Shown: positions 28,764-32,000 of the stretch, piece after piece | Position numbering within the stretch: the stretch's first letter is position 1 | Layout: the number at the start of each line of letters is the position of its first letter | Source: Trichlorobacter lovleyi SZ | GTDB lineage: Bacteria; Desulfobacterota; Desulfuromonadia; Geobacterales; Pseudopelobacteraceae | DNA: 32,000 nucleotides | Direction: 5' to 3' | Assembly: GCF_000020385.1 (NCBI RefSeq) | Contig: NC_010814.1 | Span: 3,390,001-3,422,000 of the forward strand | Position numbers and translations under genes: made by a program | Notes under the pieces: generated by a model | Told to the model about the DNA's origin: nothing | Database searches by the model: none | The model's input: only the letters and a program-made list of their open reading frames with translations

Positions 28764-30280
28764 CAGCTCAATGCCTCCTGGTACAACGCCCGGTAACGTT
28801 CAAACATCTGCTGCTGGGTGTACAGCTTTTCAACCCGGTTGATACCGGCCTGACTGGCCCTGTCCCAGGCCTCCTGGTCCCCGATCAGCTTACGGCAGGC
28901 CTCTGCAAGGGCCTGAGGGCTGTTGATCGGCACAATGCCACCGGCCACCCCCAGCGCCTGGTCCTCTTCTCCCACTCCTTCCACCAGCTGACGACAGGAA
29001 CCGACATCGGTGGAGACCAGCGGCACGCCGGCCGCAAATCCTTCCAGGGCCACCAGCGGCAACCCTTCGCTGATGGAAGAAAGTACCAGCAGGCCGATCT
29101 GGGGAAACAGCTCCACCGGGTTCATGAAACCGGTAAAGCGGACCCGGTCGGCGATCTCGAGGCTCTGGGCCAGGGCACGGCATTCTGCCGCATACTCCGG
29201 GTCCTCGCCGTCCGGCCCGACCACCCAGCCCTCCAGCTCCGGGATATGACTGACCAGGATGCGGATCGCACGGATGTAGGTCTTGACATCCTTGATCGGC
29301 ACCACCCGGCCCAGTAACGCCAGCACCAGGGGGGGCTTTGCCGGCCTTGTGCTGCGTAACGGTGCAAAGCGAGCCACATCGATGCCGTTGGGCACGACAC
29401 TGATCTTTTCCGGCAGGGCGCCGTCACTGATCTGGCGCTGACGGACCCCTTCATACAACGACACAATCCGGCCGGAGGCGTCGTAACAGAACCGTCCCAG
29501 GGTCTCAAAAAACCTGATCCAGAGGTCTCGGAAGTAACTGATCTCGGTTGGATCACGTTGCAGGGCGTTACGATTATCCTGAATCCATTCGTTGTTGAAG
29601 ATATCGATCCGGCGCTCTTTGGTGTAAATGCCGTGTTCTGACAAAAGCAGCGGCCGGCCGGTATGATGGTGCAGCAGTCCTCCGAGAAATCCGGCATAAC
29701 CGGTGGATACGGTGTGGTAGACCCGGGCAGGGATCAGGCTGCCGGCTATGGCGGCCAACTGCCAGATCGGGGCATGCATGTTGCGCACACTCCAGAAATA
29801 ATCCACAAAGGAAGGGTCCGTACACTGTGCGCTATACAGTTCGCAGATGTACTCCCATGAACGCCTGGCATAGAGAAACTGGGAATAATCCACGCCGCCC
29901 TTGGCGTTCAGGTAGAACGATGCCTGCTTTAGTTCGGCAGGCAGTCCGTCCGGGTGAGGATTGGCAAACCAGCCGTGCAGCCGTTTCAGGGTTTCAAAGC
30001 CCTGGGCGTCACCGCTGCAGGGCGTTATCGGCGGAATGGTATGTTCATCATGCAGGTAATGAACCTGCAGGTGTTTCAGGTTTGCCGGCAGCTCATACTT
30101 GATGCCGTCATACTCGTCTGCCCTGCTGCCGATAAATACCGCCCCGAAATCCAGTTCGGGAAAGCCTCTGATAATCTGGTTGACCCAGCTGGAAACCCCG
30201 CCGCTGACGTAGGGAAAGGTCCCCTCCAGCAGCAGCATGACATCAACCTTTTCAACCCTCGGAAGCCTGTTGTCAGCCAT
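28763..30280 (-). CDS. pelF: Pel polysaccharide GT4 glycosyltransferase PelF
   Basis: 505 aa. The N-terminal VDVMLLLEGTFPYVSGGVSSWVNQIIRGFPEL is the PelF-specific N-domain. The C-terminal GT4 core has SISEGLPLVALEGFAAGVPLVSTDVGSC (E-x7-E region). Confidence 0.88.
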   Translation of the reverse strand: MADNRLPRVEKVDVMLLLEGTFPYVSGGVSSWVNQIIRGFPELDFGAVFIGSRADEYDGIKYELPANLKHLQVHYLHDEHTIPPITPCSGDAQGFETLKRLHGWFANPHPDGLPAELKQASFYLNAKGGVDYSQFLYARRSWEYICELYSAQCTDPSFVDYFWSVRNMHAPIWQLAAIAGSLIPARVYHTVSTGYAGFLGGLLHHHTGRPLLLSEHGIYTKERRIDIFNNEWIQDNRNALQRDPTEISYFRDLWIRFFETLGRFCYDASGRIVSLYEGVRQRQISDGALPEKISVVPNGIDVARFAPLRSTRPAKPPLVLALLGRVVPIKDVKTYIRAIRILVSHIPELEGWVVGPDGEDPEYAAECRALAQSLEIADRVRFTGFMNPVELFPQIGLLVLSSISEGLPLVALEGFAAGVPLVSTDVGSCRQLVEGVGEEDQALGVAGGIVPINSPQALAEACRKLIGDQEAWDRASQAGINRVEKLYTQQQMFERYRALYQEALS

Positions 30281-31275
30281 TAGCGTGCTCCCCAGAACTG
30301 GGCCACCGGACCGATGCCCGGCCTGAAACGGACCGTGGCATCCCGCATCAGAAAAGCTCTCACTGCCTGAAAGTCCCGGGCATAAAAAGCCAGTTCAGCC
30401 TGATAAGGCAACAGCTTGAGCGGGTCAGCACCTGCTGCAAGGGCGGCTTGAATCGCCTCATCTGCCATGACGTAGTCACGTTTCTGAAGATGAATCCTGA
30501 CCATCAGGACAAGTAGTGCCGGATTCCTGTTGCTTAACTGCAGTGCCTGCGCGGCATACTTGGCTGCCTGTTCCACAAAGAAGTCACGCAGGTCATCCTG
30601 TGCCAGTGCGCTGTAAACCATCTCCCAGTATGAGAAGGCCAGATTACGGCAGACCGAGGCCTTAACCGCTGCTGTTTTGGCCTGCTTCAGCTCTTCCAGT
30701 GAGGCGGAAATGGCCTGCTGAATCTTCTGTTCCTGGCGTTCATAGAGATTAAAGGCCAGAAGACGGATTTCATCGTCACTGTCGCCGGTGGCGTGCTGCA
30801 GCAACCGGCTGGAATTATGTCCGCCGCTCGTCCCTACTGACAGCAGGGCCTTTAAACGCAGCTCACGGGGCAGGCCAACCGTGCGCAGACGGGACCAGGC
30901 CCCCCCCTCTCCCATACCTGACCCCAGGTCGGCAGACTCTGCCTGAAAGGGAGGCAAGGGCACATTGGAAAACTCGGTCCGTTCTTCACTTGACAAAAAC
31001 ATCCGGAAGTACAGCAGGATCAACAAGGTGCCAACTGCGCCAAAGGCAGGCACAAAGAAGTTAAAGCAGAAAAAAAGCCCCAACAGGCCCCGGCGCAGCG
31101 CAACAAAGCGTTTGGGGAAACTGATGGCGAGCAGCAGAGAGAAGAGCGAGGACGCAATCAGATGCCCGGTGAGAAACAGCAGTACCCGTTGCCAGACCGG
31201 CTGCGTGCCAAAGACCGCCAGCAGGGCTGATTGCTCACTGCAGAGACCATAGATGAGCAGTTTCAGGCTGCTCAT
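30280..31275 (-). CDS. pelE: PelE-like inner-membrane TPR protein
   Basis: 331 aa with N-terminal TM helices and a C-terminal helical-repeat (TPR-like) region. The call rests mainly on position between pelD and pelF and translational coupling (ATGA with pelD, TAATG with pelF). Confidence 0.7.
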   Translation of the reverse strand: MSSLKLLIYGLCSEQSALLAVFGTQPVWQRVLLFLTGHLIASSLFSLLLAISFPKRFVALRRGLLGLFFCFNFFVPAFGAVGTLLILLYFRMFLSSEERTEFSNVPLPPFQAESADLGSGMGEGGAWSRLRTVGLPRELRLKALLSVGTSGGHNSSRLLQHATGDSDDEIRLLAFNLYERQEQKIQQAISASLEELKQAKTAAVKASVCRNLAFSYWEMVYSALAQDDLRDFFVEQAAKYAAQALQLSNRNPALLVLMVRIHLQKRDYVMADEAIQAALAAGADPLKLLPYQAELAFYARDFQAVRAFLMRDATVRFRPGIGPVAQFWGAR

Positions 31276-32000
31276 ACATCCTCCGTCAACAGGTTTGCCA
31301 GTTGTATAAGCGGTTCATCGCCGGACAGAACCGCATATTTTATGGTGATCCCCACGCTTTGCAGCGTCATGCCGAACTGCTTGCGCAAGACCTCATTCAG
31401 GCGGGCCTGATATCCTTCCAGAGCAGCCGGACCAGTGAACGGCATCAGGGTCACAAACTGCACGCACCAGCCCAGGTCCCTCCGCCAGCCGTGATCCAGG
31501 CCACGCTGCTGGCGCTCCAGTACCTGGCACAACTCGTCAAGTCTGGGCCCCGGTTGCAAATTGATCACCACCACGGTACTCACAATATCGAGGTCGCGCC
31601 TCAAACGGGTCATCTTGACCAGTTCAGCTCCAAAGACGGTCGGACAATCGGGATACACCGCTATCAGACGTTTGGCAATGGTGGCAGCCTCCACATGATC
31701 AGCCGCATAGGCCAGCAAGACGCCGAGGATCTGCAGTGTTTCACGATGCAGCGCCATAAAGGGCATATCACTGACCAACAGGACCCCCAGCATCCGGCCG
31801 CTGCTGGTACGAAGCGGTGCCGCCACCAGATAGCTGCTGTGTTGACCATCACCAAGCCGGCTGGCCGCCTGATATGCGGTGGTGCCCGACTCCAGGGCAG
31901 ATCGCAACAGCAGGTCATCCGGCCGGTAGGAGGCCCCCTGGCCGCACTGCGCCAGCGGCACAGGATCAGGCACGCCCCGGCGTACGGCATAGATGGCCGC
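31272..32000 (-). CDS. pelD: PelD-like c-di-GMP receptor (C-terminal GAF + degenerate GGDEF part; 5' end beyond window)
   Basis: The reading frame stays open to position 32000. The track's 'M' at 31973 is an internal GTG (Val), and upstream codons read ..AAIYAVRRG-V-PDPV. The protein has a GAF-like segment and then a GGDEF-fold region lacking GGDEF but keeping RxxD (RGLD, 31505..31494). Operon position precedes pelE. Confidence 0.75.
   Translation of the reverse strand, partial: AAIYAVRRGVPDPVPLAQCGQGASYRPDDLLLRSALESGTTAYQAASRLGDGQHSSYLVAAPLRTSSGRMLGVLLVSDMPFMALHRETLQILGVLLAYAADHVEAATIAKRLIAVYPDCPTVFGAELVKMTRLRRDLDIVSTVVVINLQPGPRLDELCQVLERQQRGLDHGWRRDLGWCVQFVTLMPFTGPAALEGYQARLNEVLRKQFGMTLQSVGITIKYAVLSGDEPLIQLANLLTEDV

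Noticed and set aside
28212-28796. 194-aa plus-strand ORF
   Set aside because: It is antisense to pelG, highly Q/D/R/G-rich, and is a shadow ORF.
31664-31990. 108-aa minus-strand ORF in an alternative frame of pelD
   Set aside because: It overlaps the PelD frame, which carries the GAF/RxxD features and continues open to the window end. The alternative-frame product is Arg/Trp/Cys-rich.

Overview
Moderately GC-rich bacterial chromosomal segment, almost entirely coding. I call 34 CDS and see no rRNA, tRNA, CRISPR array, IS, transposase or integrase. Gene order and hand-read protein sequences resemble a Geobacter/Desulfuromonadales-type genome; this is from memory and cannot be verified here.

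Layout:
- Minus strand, 1-7980: split F-type ATP synthase operon atpF'-atpF-atpH-atpA-atpG-atpD (atpD runs off the window start, and no atpI/B/E lie upstream). It is preceded by parA-parB and an RluD-like pseudouridine synthase.
- Plus strand, 8047-13852: YtqB/MnmM-like methyltransferase, then an overlapping GT2/GT21 (HpnI/ceramide-glucosyltransferase-like) glycosyltransferase, then mlaE-mlaF-mlaD-[TolC-family OMF]-mlaC.
- 14048-14251: a CspA-family gene with a long leader and a perfect terminator.
- Minus strand, 14291-19200: ygiQ (radical SAM), argC, an AI-2E/PerM permease, rpsI and rplM.
- Plus strand, 19400-27192: a tightly packed 8-gene array, gatC-gatA-gatB-cheY-cheA-lolA-like-yajQ-rimO.
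- Minus strand, 27393 to the window end: pelG, pelF, pelE and the 3' part of pelD, i.e. the distal half of a Pel exopolysaccharide locus.

I do not see an obviously new system such as a defence island or mobile element. The items I would follow up are: (1) the TolC-type gene embedded in the Mla operon next to a lone GT21 glycosyltransferase; (2) the orphan cheY-cheA pair wired into a housekeeping array close to a YajQ-family gene and the c-di-GMP-gated pel genes; (3) an ~85-nt structured element in the rimO/pelG convergent spacer; (4) a C8/G8 homopolymer inside pelE. All functional calls rest on motif and family recognition by eye. No database search was run.
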